From: Actinomycetota bacterium
Lineage (GTDB): Bacteria > Actinomycetota > Actinomycetes > Propionibacteriales > Propionibacteriaceae
NCBI GenBank assembly: GCA_046723505.1
Contig: JBKOUS010000092.1
Span: 1 to 63,540 of the forward strand
Length of the DNA stretch: 63,540 nucleotides
Direction of reading: 5' to 3'
Shown piece after piece: positions 52,701-62,163 of this stretch; the stretch's first letter is position 1, and every line of letters begins with the position of its first letter. The translations under genes and the position numbers were made by a program. The notes beneath the pieces are model-generated. The model saw only the letters and a program-made list of their open reading frames with translations. It had not been told where the DNA came from and made no database searches.

Positions 52701-53264
52701 GGCTTGGAGCACATCCTGGCCGCAGAACGCGACGTCGGCATCGGCGAGCTGCTCGCCGACGACGGTCCCCGGGAAAGCACCGTCACTATCGCTGGCATGA
52801 TCACCAACATCACCCGAAAAACGACGCGGCGGGGGGACATCTGGGCGGTCATCACCGTCGAGGACCTGGAGGCGTCGATCGAAGTTTTGCTTTTCCCAAA
52901 GGCATACGAGATGGTCTCCACCGTGCTGGCCACCGACACCGTTGTGAAGATCAAAGGCCGGGTGAAGGTCGACGACGATGCGGTGTCTTTGAGTGCTTCG
53001 GAGCTCAGCCTTCCTGACATCACTGATGTCAGCAGCGATCCGGTCGTGATCTCGTTGTCGGCGGCTCGATGCACTCCCCAGGTCGTACAGCAGCTTCGTG
53101 ATGTGCTCGCGGCGCATCCCGGACCGACCGAGGTGCGGCTGCGGCTGCGGTCCGCGGACAAGACGACCGTGATGAAGCTCGACGAGCGGCTGAGGGTGAC
53201 TGCGTCGCCGCCGCTGATGGCCGACCTCAAGGCTCTGCTGGGTTCATCGTGTCTGGCGTCCTGA
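49734..53264 (+). CDS. dnaE: DNA polymerase III alpha subunit
   Basis: FVHLHVHSEYSMLDG (PHP domain), GRGSGAGS, SMPDFDIDF, YAFNKAH; no intein seen. Confidence 0.98.
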   Translation: MPGSTQPGDGSFVHLHVHSEYSMLDGAARIADLFSSCEQMGMPAIAITDHGNTFGAHEFYKASKSSPVKPIVGIEAYLTPKTHRSDRRRVLWGDGGSDDVGGGGAFTHLTIWAENTAGMHNLFRLSSLASLEGYFYKPRIDRELLARYASGLIATTGCPGGEVQTYLRLGRYHDALASAAEFRDLFGAGNYYVELMDHGITIERRVRDDLLRIARELKLPLVATNDLHYTQQADAAAHEVLLCVQTGSIMAEGNRFKFEGDSYYLKSPAEMRALFADLPEACDNTLAIAERCEVSFTEGNGTYMPRYPCPEGETEESWFVHEVEAGLHRRYPGGIPDTVRKQADFETSVIISMGFAGYFLVVADFVNWAKEHGIRVGPGRGSGAGSIAAYAMRITDLDPLVHGLIFERFLNPDRVSMPDFDIDFDERRRGEVIRYVTEKYGEDRVSQIVTYGTIKAKQAVKDASRVLGYPFGVGEKITKAMPPPVMGKDVPLAKLFDREHPRYGEGGEFRALYEVDPDVKTVVDTAKDLEGLKRQWGVHAAGVIMSSAPLIDIIPIMRREQDGAIITQFDYPTCESLGLMKMDFLGLRNLTVLDDAVANIALNRGFTLVLEDLPLNDAATYALLGRGETLGVFQLDGGPMRSLLRLMRPDNFEDISAVLALYRPGPMGADSHTNYALRKNRRQEIKPIHPELAEPLAEILGTTHGLIVYQEQVMAIAQKVAGFTLSQADNMRRAMGKKKKEILDAEFVPFSAGMQANGYSHAAITALWDTLVPFSDYAFNKAHTAAYGMVSYWTAFLKANFPAEFMAALLTSVADDKDKMAVYLNECRRMGIQVLPPDVNESAANFTPVGADIRFGLTAVRNVGHNVVDGIVAARAAHGKAVNFYGFLDQVPLVVCNKRVIESLIKAGAFESMGHSRRALMSVYEAAVDGVLDLKRNEANGQDDLFGELADTDPVLTGSVPDLPDWDKRTKLAFEREMLGLYVSDHPLQGLEHILAAERDVGIGELLADDGPRESTVTIAGMITNITRKTTRRGDIWAVITVEDLEASIEVLLFPKAYEMVSTVLATDTVVKIKGRVKVDDDAVSLSASELSLPDITDVSSDPVVISLSAARCTPQVVQQLRDVLAAHPGPTEVRLRLRSADKTTVMKLDERLRVTASPPLMADLKALLGSSCLAS

Positions 53265-53821
53265 ACGAATCACCTCCCACACAGACCCGTCGTACCTGGA
53301 GCCTCTCCGGCCGGTTGGGGGCTTTCGCGGCCGCCTCGCTCGGGTTGGGTGCTGCTGCCGGGGTGTTGTGGTGGTTGCTGGTGAAGCCCCCCGCCTACGA
53401 GCTGAACAGTGGCGGGGCAGCCGCCACATCGGAGCGAGGCCTGACGCAGTTCATCGCCGGCGACGCGTGGTTCTGCGTAATCGGCCTGGTGGTGGGCGTG
53501 CTACTGGGACTGGCAGCCTGGCATTGGCTTCGTGATCTTGGCTGGCCTGTGGTGCTCGTGGTACTGGTGTGGGCCACAGCGTCGGCGCTGACCTGTTGGC
53601 TGGTTGGTTACCTACTGGGACCGGGTGACTTCTCGGCTCGTCTGGCCGCAGCGCAGCCAGGAGATCTGGTGCCGATACCGCTCACCCTGCGAGCCCGCGC
53701 GTCGCTGCTCACCTGGCCGTTCTTCGCCATCATCCCGGTACTGCTCGGCTCCTCCCTGGGCCGCGATGAGGAGGAGCCGCGCCCGCTGCTCCGCCGCCGA
53801 CGCTCAGGTAACCAGGCGTAG
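53249..53821 (+). CDS. Hypothetical membrane protein (DUF2567-like)
   Basis: Four hydrophobic helices, FIAGDAWF motif. Confidence 0.6.
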   Translation: MSGVLNESPPTQTRRTWSLSGRLGAFAAASLGLGAAAGVLWWLLVKPPAYELNSGGAAATSERGLTQFIAGDAWFCVIGLVVGVLLGLAAWHWLRDLGWPVVLVVLVWATASALTCWLVGYLLGPGDFSARLAAAQPGDLVPIPLTLRARASLLTWPFFAIIPVLLGSSLGRDEEEPRPLLRRRRSGNQA

Positions 53822-54115
53822 CAGGGCGGTCACCCCAACGGCGATGAGGAACACTTCAAGGAAACCGCGCCGCAGAAGCAGCGCGATTACACCGGATGCA
53901 ATCCCGGCCAGGGTGCGCCAATCCACCGCATAGCGGCGGCCACCGTCGAATAGCTCGACAGCTACCAGAGCGGACAACATCGCAATCGGCAGCAGCTGGG
54001 CCACCTGCTGCACCTTGGGATGGTTCAAGATCGACTCGGGCAGCGAGACCCCAGCAAGCTTCAGCAGGTACGAACCAACCGCCGCGATGACCAGTGCCAG
54101 CCATAGCGGAGTCAT
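53804..54115 (-). CDS. azlD: AzlD family branched-chain amino acid exporter subunit
   Basis: YLLKLAG, LPIAMLSALVA; ATGA overlap with azlC. Confidence 0.85.
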   Translation of the reverse strand: MTPLWLALVIAAVGSYLLKLAGVSLPESILNHPKVQQVAQLLPIAMLSALVAVELFDGGRRYAVDWRTLAGIASGVIALLLRRGFLEVFLIAVGVTALLRLVT

Positions 54116-54816
54116 CTCGGCTCCCGATCCGGAATCCGCTCCTCGGCTTCGCGACTCGGGCGGAGGCCCGCGACCAGTGCCACCCCGGCCGCAGCGATCA
54201 CGGGGATGCCGGGCGGGGTCAGGGGCACCAGGACAAGGGCGACTGCTGCGCCGCCGAGCGCAACCCAACGCGCCTCCCGGCGCCGGAGCGAAGGCCACAG
54301 CAACGCCAAGAAGACGGCCGGCGCGGCGGCGTCCAGTCCAACGTCGTTCGGGTTGACCGCGCGGCCAAGAAGTGCACCGGACAGGCTGCCAAGCTGCCAG
54401 AGGCAGAACAGGATCAAACCTGTGGCCCAGAATGCGTAACACCGAGCGCGTGGGGTGGCTTGGCTCATCGCCATCGCCGTTGTCTCATCGATCACGAAGT
54501 GGGCGGTCCATAGCCTGGCTAAGCCGCGCGGATGCAGGATCTCCGAAAGCGGCACGCCATAGAAGGCGTTGCGTACACCAAGCAGCAGGCTTGCCGGCAC
54601 TGCTGCGATGGGCGAGCCGCCCGCAGTTGCCACCCCGAGGAAAGCGAATTGCGAGGCCCCGGTGAACATCACCAGGCTCAGCACCATGGTCTGGGCCAGA
54701 GTCAATCCAGAGCTCACCGAGATCGCTCCGAAGGAGGCGCCAAAAGCCATTGCATAGAGACCAATGCCGATCGCGGCCTTCAGGATGACAGCGCGTTCCG
54801 GCCGTGGCTCGTCCAC
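54112..54816 (-). CDS. azlC: AzlC family branched-chain amino acid exporter permease
   Basis: FTGASQF, RNAFYG, IDET, GLDAAAPAVF. Confidence 0.9.
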   Translation of the reverse strand: MDEPRPERAVILKAAIGIGLYAMAFGASFGAISVSSGLTLAQTMVLSLVMFTGASQFAFLGVATAGGSPIAAVPASLLLGVRNAFYGVPLSEILHPRGLARLWTAHFVIDETTAMAMSQATPRARCYAFWATGLILFCLWQLGSLSGALLGRAVNPNDVGLDAAAPAVFLALLWPSLRRREARWVALGGAAVALVLVPLTPPGIPVIAAAGVALVAGLRPSREAEERIPDREPR

Positions 54817-54927
54817 AAACCTCCTCAGCAGCCGGGCGGTGTCCGACGGATGAGATATTAATCGGTCGCCCAGACCGGCCGTTGATTATCGGGATCGGCG
54901 CAGGACGCCTGGGCCTAGAATCGCTCC

Positions 54928-56256
54928 GTGCTTCGGGTGATCAATCTTCGCGGCCGGCGCGCGGCCGGCGAGCGGCTCGACTACTCCGCCATTGTGCCCC
55001 GGGCTGATTTCGACGTAGCCGCCGCAAGTGAAGTGGTTCGGCCGATCTGTGACGATGTGGCGCGTCGCGGAGCGGCAGCACTCGCTGATTACTCGGTTCG
55101 TTTCGATCGCGTGCTTCCCCACACCTTCCGGGTGCCGTTCACCGCACTGGAGAGCGCTGCGGCGCGGCTCCATCCTGACCTGCGGAAGGCCTTTGGGACC
55201 GCGATCGAGCGCCGGCGCCGCGTCAGTGAGTCTGAGCTTGGTGACAGTGGCGGCGAGGTCAGCGTGGCACCCGGAGCAGTCGTACGCCGACGAATGATTC
55301 CGGTCAACCGCGTCGGCTTGTACGTTCCGGGCGGGTTGGCGCCGCTGGCTTCCAGCGTGATCATGAATGTCGTTCCAGCCAAGGTAGCCGGGGTACCCTC
55401 GATCGCGCTCGCCTCGCCGCCCCAAATTGAGTTCGGTGGGCTGCCGCATCCCAATATCCTGGCGCTTTGCCACAACCTCGGTATCGACGAGGTCTATGCA
55501 GTCGGCGGCGCACAAGCGATCGCTATGTTCGCCTACGGTGTGCCCGATCTCTGCCGCCAGGTCGACTTGATCACTGGACCCGGCAACATCTACGTGGTCG
55601 CAGCGAAGCGGCTGCTCAGGGGCCGCGTCAGCATAGACGCCGAAGCAGGACCGACCGAGATCGCGGTGCTTGCGGACGCCACGGCCGATCCAGTCCATGT
55701 GGCTGCGGATCTGATCTCTCAGGCCGAGCACGATCCGCTCGCGGCTGCCGTGTTGATCACCGACTCCGACGAGCTGGCCGAGGGCACCCAGGCCGAGCTG
55801 TCGGCACAGGTGCCGTCGACCAAGCACGTGGAGCGAATCGTTCAATCGCTGGTGGGGCGCCAGTCCGCGATCGTGATGGTGGACGACATCGAGCAGGGTA
55901 TCGAGGTGGCCAATGGCTACGCGGCAGAACACCTCGAGATCCAGACCGCTCATGCTGAGCAGGTGGCGTCCATGATCAGCAACGCCGGTGCGATCTTTGT
56001 CGGTCCATGGTCGCCAGTTTCGCTGGGTGACTACTGTGCGGGCAGCACCCACGTCCTGCCGACGGGCGGATGCGCCTGCCACTCCTCGGGGCTGAACGTT
56101 CGGAGCTTCCTGAAGATGATGCACATCGTCAGCTACAGCCAGACCGCCTTCGCCCAAGTCGCCCGGAAGGTGGAGGTGTTCGCCGACGCCGAGGATCTAC
56201 CGGCTCATGGCGCCGCGATTGCCCGCAGGTTCTTCCCATCCACACGCGCGCAGTGA
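54928..56256 (+). CDS. hisD: Histidinol dehydrogenase
   Basis: GLYVPGG, GGAQA, GPGN, AGPTE, SQAEH, EHL, GDYCAG; TAGAAT lies 6 nt before the GTG (leaderless). Confidence 0.97.
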   Translation: MLRVINLRGRRAAGERLDYSAIVPRADFDVAAASEVVRPICDDVARRGAAALADYSVRFDRVLPHTFRVPFTALESAAARLHPDLRKAFGTAIERRRRVSESELGDSGGEVSVAPGAVVRRRMIPVNRVGLYVPGGLAPLASSVIMNVVPAKVAGVPSIALASPPQIEFGGLPHPNILALCHNLGIDEVYAVGGAQAIAMFAYGVPDLCRQVDLITGPGNIYVVAAKRLLRGRVSIDAEAGPTEIAVLADATADPVHVAADLISQAEHDPLAAAVLITDSDELAEGTQAELSAQVPSTKHVERIVQSLVGRQSAIVMVDDIEQGIEVANGYAAEHLEIQTAHAEQVASMISNAGAIFVGPWSPVSLGDYCAGSTHVLPTGGCACHSSGLNVRSFLKMMHIVSYSQTAFAQVARKVEVFADAEDLPAHGAAIARRFFPSTRAQ

Positions 56257-57374
56257 TGTCGGGGGCCACCGCGAGTCCCGCGCTCGATGAGCTTCCACTC
56301 CGGGCGGAACTGGTTGGAGAAAGGCCGTACGGCGCGCCGCAACTCGATGTTGATGTTTGCTTGAACGTCAACGAGAATCCGTATCCGCCTAGCGAACGCG
56401 TGATTAGCGAGATCGCCGCCGCGGTCGCCGAGGCCGGTCGCTCCATGAACCGTTATCCCGAACGCGACGCCCTAGCGCTTCGCGGAGACCTCGCCCGTTA
56501 CCTCGGCCACGGGTTGAGCGCCGACCAGATCTGGGCCGCCAACGGCAGTAACGAAGTCATGCTGCACGTCATGCTGGCCTTCGCAGGGCCGGGTCGGCGG
56601 GTGCTCTCGTTCGCGCCGACATATTCCATGTACCCCGAATACGCCCGCGACACGCACAGCGAGTGGTGCACCGTTCCCCGCCGCGACGACTTCACCATCG
56701 ATCCGGACGCGGCCACGGCGGCAGTGCTCGAAGCCCGGCCTGCGGTCGTGCTCATTGCCAGCCCGAACAACCCGACCGGTACGGCCGTTGGTTTGTCGAC
56801 AATCCGGGCGATCTGTGAGGCGGCCCCCGGCGTTGTGGTAGTCGATGAGGCATACCACGAGTTCGCCCGGACTGGCACTCCGAGCGCGCTGCAACTGCTG
56901 CCGGACTACCCGCGGCTTGGGGTCAGCCGGACCATGTCCAAGGCTTTCGCCTTCGCGGCCGGCCGGCTGGGCTACTTGGCCGCTGCTCCCGCATTCATCG
57001 AAGCGCTTCGCATCGTACGGCTGCCCTATCACCTTTCGGCGCTCACCCAGGCCGCGGCCAGGGTGGCGCTGGCGCACGCGCCAGAGATGCTGGCGAAGGT
57101 TGATCAGCTCCGGCAGGCCCGCGATGACCTGGCGACTTGGCTGGCCGCCCGAGGGCTGCAGGTCGCTGACTCAGACGCCAACTTCGTACTCTTCGGGCGG
57201 TTCACCGACCGCCACGCGGTGTGGCAGGCATTGCTCGACCGCGGGGTGCTGATTCGGGAAACCGGACCCGACGGCTGGATGCGAGTGTCAGCCGGTACGC
57301 CCGCGGAGATGCAGACGTTCAAGGACGCCCTTGTCGCCGTACTCGAAAACGAAATCCAAAAGGAGACTCCATGA
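56256..57374 (+). CDS. hisC: Histidinol-phosphate aminotransferase
   Basis: [31 protein letters not shown]; TGATG overlap with hisD. Confidence 0.96.
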   Translation: MSGATASPALDELPLRAELVGERPYGAPQLDVDVCLNVNENPYPPSERVISEIAAAVAEAGRSMNRYPERDALALRGDLARYLGHGLSADQIWAANGSNEVMLHVMLAFAGPGRRVLSFAPTYSMYPEYARDTHSEWCTVPRRDDFTIDPDAATAAVLEARPAVVLIASPNNPTGTAVGLSTIRAICEAAPGVVVVDEAYHEFARTGTPSALQLLPDYPRLGVSRTMSKAFAFAAGRLGYLAAAPAFIEALRIVRLPYHLSALTQAAARVALAHAPEMLAKVDQLRQARDDLATWLAARGLQVADSDANFVLFGRFTDRHAVWQALLDRGVLIRETGPDGWMRVSAGTPAEMQTFKDALVAVLENEIQKETP

Positions 57375-58009
57375 GCCAAGGCCGAACGGCCACCCTGGAA
57401 CGGCAGACTTCCGAGTCGAAGGTCAGGGTCAGCCTTGATCTCGACGGCACGGGCCGCGCCCAGATCTCGACCGGGGTGGGATTCTTCGACCACATGCTGA
57501 CGGCTTTCGCCAAGCACGCACTGATCGACCTCGAGGTTGAGAGCGCCGGTGACTTGCACATCGACGCCCACCACACTGTCGAGGACACCGCGATCGTGCT
57601 AGGCCAGGCCATTCGTTCGGCACTGGGCGACAAGAGCGGGATTCGGCGTTTCGGGAATGCACTGGTGCCACTGGATGAGGCGCTTGCCCAGGCAGTGGTT
57701 GACGTCTCCGGGCGACCATACTGTGTCCACACGGGGGAGCCGACTGGGCAGGAGTATGTGCTGATCGGTGGTTCCCAGGGCGTCGCCGGGGTCGCAGCCA
57801 CCATTCCGTATTCAGGCTCCCTGACTCGGCACATCATGGAATCGCTTGCCTTTCACGCCCAAATCTGTCTGCACCTGACAGTGATTTCGGGTCGGGACCC
57901 GCACCACATCGTGGAATGTCAGTTCAAGGCGCTGGCGCGCGCCCTCCGCGATGCCATTGGCTTCGATCCGCGGGTCGACAACATACCAAGCACCAAAGGA
58001 ACCCTGTGA
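57371..58009 (+). CDS. hisB: Imidazoleglycerol-phosphate dehydratase
   Basis: [30 protein letters not shown]. Confidence 0.97.
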   Translation: MSQGRTATLERQTSESKVRVSLDLDGTGRAQISTGVGFFDHMLTAFAKHALIDLEVESAGDLHIDAHHTVEDTAIVLGQAIRSALGDKSGIRRFGNALVPLDEALAQAVVDVSGRPYCVHTGEPTGQEYVLIGGSQGVAGVAATIPYSGSLTRHIMESLAFHAQICLHLTVISGRDPHHIVECQFKALARALRDAIGFDPRVDNIPSTKGTL

Positions 58010-58665
58010 CTAATTCTTTGGCACTGCTCGCGCGACCGACGCTCGCAGCGCGGAAGAAGGTTGTCGTCCTCGATTACGGATCAGGCAACATCCGCTCGGC
58101 CGAGCGAGCAGTCGCCCGAGCAGGAGCAGACGTCTCCGTGAGCACCGATGCGCGGCTCGCGACCGATGCCGACGGCCTGGTTGTACCCGGCGTGGGTGCG
58201 TTTGCGGCATGCATGTCAGGTTTGGCTGCGGTTGGGGGGCCAGAAATCATCGCCGCCCGCCTTACCAGCGAGCGACCGACGCTTGCCATCTGCGTCGGCC
58301 ACCAGGTGTTGTTCGAGGCGGGGATCGAGCACGGCGTGCGGACCGAAGGATGCGGCATCTGGCCCGGGCTGGTGGAACAACTCCACGCCGCACGGCTGCC
58401 GCACATGGGATGGAACACCGTCCAGGCAGCCACCAGCAGCCAGCTCTTCGCGGGTATCGAATCCGACCGCTTCTACTTCGTGCACAGCTACGGAGTACGC
58501 GCGCTGCCTGCGGCTCCGCAGCGGCGCATTACCTGGGCTGAACATGACGGCGACCGGTTCGTGGCGGCGGTGGAGGAAGGTTCGCTCTGGTCCACCCAGT
58601 TCCACCCGGAGAAGTCAGGCGACGCTGGAGCTCGCCTGATCTCCAACTGGGTCGCGACGCTGTGA
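58006..58665 (+). CDS. hisH: Imidazole glycerol phosphate synthase glutaminase subunit
   Basis: DYGSGN, PGVGAF, ICVG, PHMGWN, YFVHSY, QFHPEKS. Confidence 0.96.
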   Translation: MTNSLALLARPTLAARKKVVVLDYGSGNIRSAERAVARAGADVSVSTDARLATDADGLVVPGVGAFAACMSGLAAVGGPEIIAARLTSERPTLAICVGHQVLFEAGIEHGVRTEGCGIWPGLVEQLHAARLPHMGWNTVQAATSSQLFAGIESDRFYFVHSYGVRALPAAPQRRITWAEHDGDRFVAAVEEGSLWSTQFHPEKSGDAGARLISNWVATL

Positions 58666-59009
58666 GGAAAACGCGCTGGCTCGACTACTGCCTCGCCAAG
58701 CCGGGCGCGTGGCGGGACGAGCCGTGGGAAGGTGATGTGGTCGCCAAGGTGGGCGACAAGATCTTCGCCTTTCTAGGAGCCGCCGAAAACCAGACGACGA
58801 TCGGCTTGAAGTGCGGTGACCGGGAGACCGCCGACCTGTTGCTCGACCGCTATCAAGGTGCCGCCAGCAAGATGGCCTACATCGGCAAGCACGGCTGGAA
58901 TACCTTCATCCTCGACGGCACCATCCCGCCCGATGAGATTCAGGACCTGATCGACGTTTCCTACGAGCTCATCGTGGCGAAGCTGCCGAAGTCCAAGCGT
59001 CCGGCATGA
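58662..59009 (+). CDS. MmcQ/YjbR family DNA-binding protein
   Basis: YCLAKPGA..PW, KVGDKIFA, LKC, W, SYELIVAKLPK. Confidence 0.85.
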   Translation: MRKTRWLDYCLAKPGAWRDEPWEGDVVAKVGDKIFAFLGAAENQTTIGLKCGDRETADLLLDRYQGAASKMAYIGKHGWNTFILDGTIPPDEIQDLIDVSYELIVAKLPKSKRPA

Positions 59010-59035
59010 CCAACGGCTGGCGATAGGGTCGTCTG

Positions 59036-59821
59036 GTGCATTCGGCAAGTCCTATACCCGCTGCGGCTCGGGCAGACCGGCTCGTGCTGTTACCGGCGGT
59101 CGACCTCGCGGGGGGACAGGCGGTGCAACTGGTGCAGGGCCGCGCCGGCTCTGAACAGCGGTTCGGTGATCCGCGGGCCGCAGCTCAGCGTTGGCAGGAC
59201 GCGGGCGCGGAGTGGATCCACCTCGTGGATCTGGACGCGGCATTCGGACGCGGCAACAACGCCGAGATCATCGCTGAGCTCACCTCCCACCTGCGGCTGA
59301 ACGTCGAGCTGTCCGGGGGCATTCGGGACGATGAATCGCTGGAGCGGGCACTGGCAACCGGGTGCGCTCGAGTGAACATCGGAACCGCTGCCTTGGAGCA
59401 ACCCGAGTGGTGCGAGGAGATCATCGACCGCTACGGGAACCGGGTTGCCGTTGGACTGGATGTCAGAGGCAGCAAGCTCGCCGCCCGAGGTTGGACTCGG
59501 GAGGGAGGCGATCTCCTCGAGACGCTGCATCGGTTGAACAGTGCAGGCTGTGCCCGGTTCGTTGTCACCGATGTATCCGCCGACGGCATGCTTCGCGGGC
59601 CCAATCTCTACCTGCTGCGCCGGGTATGCGATGAGACCGACAGGCCGGTGATCGCCAGCGGTGGCATCTCCACCATCGAAGACATCCTGGCCCTCAGGGA
59701 CATGGTGGAGATCGGGGTCGAGGGTGCCATCATTGGCACCGCGCTCTACATCGGCCGCTTCACCATTGAGGAGGCCCTGGTGGCCGCGCAGCTGGACACC
59801 ACAGGGAGCAACGACACATGA
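59036..59821 (+). CDS. priA: Phosphoribosyl isomerase A (HisA, probably bifunctional HisA/TrpF)
   Basis: [37 protein letters not shown]; no trpF in the trp cluster; TAGGGT lies 6 nt before the GTG. Confidence 0.93.
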   Translation: MHSASPIPAAARADRLVLLPAVDLAGGQAVQLVQGRAGSEQRFGDPRAAAQRWQDAGAEWIHLVDLDAAFGRGNNAEIIAELTSHLRLNVELSGGIRDDESLERALATGCARVNIGTAALEQPEWCEEIIDRYGNRVAVGLDVRGSKLAARGWTREGGDLLETLHRLNSAGCARFVVTDVSADGMLRGPNLYLLRRVCDETDRPVIASGGISTIEDILALRDMVEIGVEGAIIGTALYIGRFTIEEALVAAQLDTTGSNDT

Positions 59822-62151
59822 CCACCGCGACCGCAGACACTGGCCGCGCCGTTCAGCAGCTCGATGGTCGGCTGCGGGACCTGCTCGCCGGGAAAAAGAT
59901 CGTGATGACCGGCGTGACCGGTTTTATCGGCGAGCAGTTGCTGTGGAAGATCTTGACCGAACTGCCCGAGACCAGGCCGGCGGTGCTGGTCCGCCGCAAG
60001 GGCTCGGCCAGTGCACGAGATCGGATGATCGCCGTGGTCAAGAAGCCGATCTTCAACGATCTGCGTAAAGCTGCCGGAGGCGAGGCGGAACTTCTCGACA
60101 CCAGAGTTGAGGTCATCGAGGGCGACCTGCCCAATGTCCCTCAATTGCCGACCGATCTTGACATAGTGGTGCACTGCGCCGGCGACGTCTCCTTTGACCC
60201 GCCGATCGACCAGGCTTTCACAACGAACGTGATCGGCACCAAGGCGTTGCTGGATCGCATGCTTGAGGCGGTCACCGACGACGCGGGGGAGCTACGCCGG
60301 GTCCCGCACTACGTGCACATCTCTACCGCATACACGGCCGGCCGCCGGCGCGGTGCGATTCCCGAAGCGCCGCACGTTCATGACATCGATTACGATGCCG
60401 AGACGGCCGCCGGCCTTGCCATGCGGGACCTCATCGAGGAAGAGTCGCGCACATCTGCCCAGCTTGCGAAGCTCCGCAAGGAGGCTGAGCGCGAGCACCG
60501 GCAGGCCGGGTTCCTGACCACCGCCACCACCACCGAGCGTCGTCGCATCGAGTGGGTCCAGGCGGAATTGGTAAAGGCCGGTACCGAGCGGGCGCGCTCG
60601 CTGGGCTGGACCGACGTCTACACCTTCACCAAGGCACTCGGCGAACGCGTGGTAGCCGATATTGGCCGGGACGTGCACGTCTCGATCGTTCGGCCGGCGA
60701 TCGTCGAGTCCTCCTGGCTGCATCCATATCCAGGTTGGATCGAAGGCTTCAAGATGGCGGAGCCGTTGATCTTGGCGTATGGGCGCGGCGAGCTTCCGGA
60801 GTTTCCGGCGACACCGGAGGCGGTCGTGGACATCGTGCCCTGTGATCATGTGGTCAATGCCATAGTCGCGGTCTGCGCCACCCAACCCGAGATCGGGCAC
60901 CCGGAGTACTACCACGTGAACTCCGGCGCCCGGAATCCTTTGACCTTCAAGGACACCTATAGCTACATCCGCGCTTACTTTCAGGCCCATCCCTTCGAAG
61001 GCGGTCCGCGCGGGGCCGCGCGCCTACCGCAGTGGACGTTTCCCGGCGCCTCGTCAATCGAGCGGCTGCTGTCCACATCAGAGCGGGCTCACAAGCTTGC
61101 GGAGCGCATGTTGGCTCAGATGCCGCGCTCGGACCGAACCCGCAAGATCGCCAAGGACTTGGATCGCACTCGGGTACGCCTGGATTTCCTGCGGCGCTAT
61201 CACACGCTCTACAAGGAGTATGCGCAGTCCGAGCTGCATTTCGTGGACGACAACACCCTTGCTCTCACCCGGGCCCTGCATCCTGATGATCAAGCTGCCT
61301 TCGCCTTCGACACCTCGGTCTTCGACTGGAAGACCTACATCCAGGAAGTGCACTGTCCATCGATAACCGCGCCGGTACGCCGGATGGACGCAATTCGCAG
61401 CAAGGGCGGCAATCGGCCGACCACGATGAAGGACCTGGACAAGGACACTGCAGGCTCCGCGGCGTTGGCGATCTTCGACCTGGACGGCACGATCATGTCC
61501 ACCAACGTGATCGAGCAATACCTATGGGCCCGACTGCCAGAGCTCTCACTCACGGGTCAACTTGCCGAGGTGGGCCAGGTCATGCGGCGACTCCCGTCGT
61601 ACCTGCGTGCCGAACAACGAGACCGCGGCACTTTCCTGCGCGCGGTCTACCGCCGCTATCGAGGTGCTGATCTGGCCGCCCTGGAGCGCTTCGTTGACAC
61701 CTCCATGGCTCCTCATATCTTGAGTCGGCTGTCCCCAGAGGCCGTCCACAGGATTAGGGAACATCGCGCCGCCGGACACACCACGATCCTGATCACAGGC
61801 GTGGTGCGGCCGCTGACCCGGCCCATCCAGCCGCTGTTCGACGAGATCGTCGCTGCCGAGCTCGGAGTCGACGAGGAGGGCCGCTGCACCGGATTTCTCA
61901 CCGCGCCGCCCCTGGTAGGAGAGTCTCGTGCAGCGTGGCTCAAGCACTACGCGGCGCTGCATAGGCTCGACCTCGACCGTAGCTTTGCGTACGCCGACTC
62001 CCACTCTGATCTGCCGATGCTGGAAACCGTTGGCAACGCGGTGGCGGTCAGCCCCGATATCCCGCTGATGCGGGCTGCTCATCGCAACCAGTGGTCGGTG
62101 GTGGAGTGGAAGATCAAGCCGATCATGCCGCGCTGGGCGCTTCCGACATAA
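59818..62151 (+). CDS. Fusion of a fatty acyl-CoA reductase-type extended SDR (NAD_binding_4 plus sterile-like domain) and a HAD-IB phosphatase
   Basis: [43 protein letters not shown]; then [21 protein letters not shown]. Confidence 0.85.
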   Translation: MTTATADTGRAVQQLDGRLRDLLAGKKIVMTGVTGFIGEQLLWKILTELPETRPAVLVRRKGSASARDRMIAVVKKPIFNDLRKAAGGEAELLDTRVEVIEGDLPNVPQLPTDLDIVVHCAGDVSFDPPIDQAFTTNVIGTKALLDRMLEAVTDDAGELRRVPHYVHISTAYTAGRRRGAIPEAPHVHDIDYDAETAAGLAMRDLIEEESRTSAQLAKLRKEAEREHRQAGFLTTATTTERRRIEWVQAELVKAGTERARSLGWTDVYTFTKALGERVVADIGRDVHVSIVRPAIVESSWLHPYPGWIEGFKMAEPLILAYGRGELPEFPATPEAVVDIVPCDHVVNAIVAVCATQPEIGHPEYYHVNSGARNPLTFKDTYSYIRAYFQAHPFEGGPRGAARLPQWTFPGASSIERLLSTSERAHKLAERMLAQMPRSDRTRKIAKDLDRTRVRLDFLRRYHTLYKEYAQSELHFVDDNTLALTRALHPDDQAAFAFDTSVFDWKTYIQEVHCPSITAPVRRMDAIRSKGGNRPTTMKDLDKDTAGSAALAIFDLDGTIMSTNVIEQYLWARLPELSLTGQLAEVGQVMRRLPSYLRAEQRDRGTFLRAVYRRYRGADLAALERFVDTSMAPHILSRLSPEAVHRIREHRAAGHTTILITGVVRPLTRPIQPLFDEIVAAELGVDEEGRCTGFLTAPPLVGESRAAWLKHYAALHRLDLDRSFAYADSHSDLPMLETVGNAVAVSPDIPLMRAAHRNQWSVVEWKIKPIMPRWALPT

Positions 62152-62163
62152 GGAGATTGGTAG

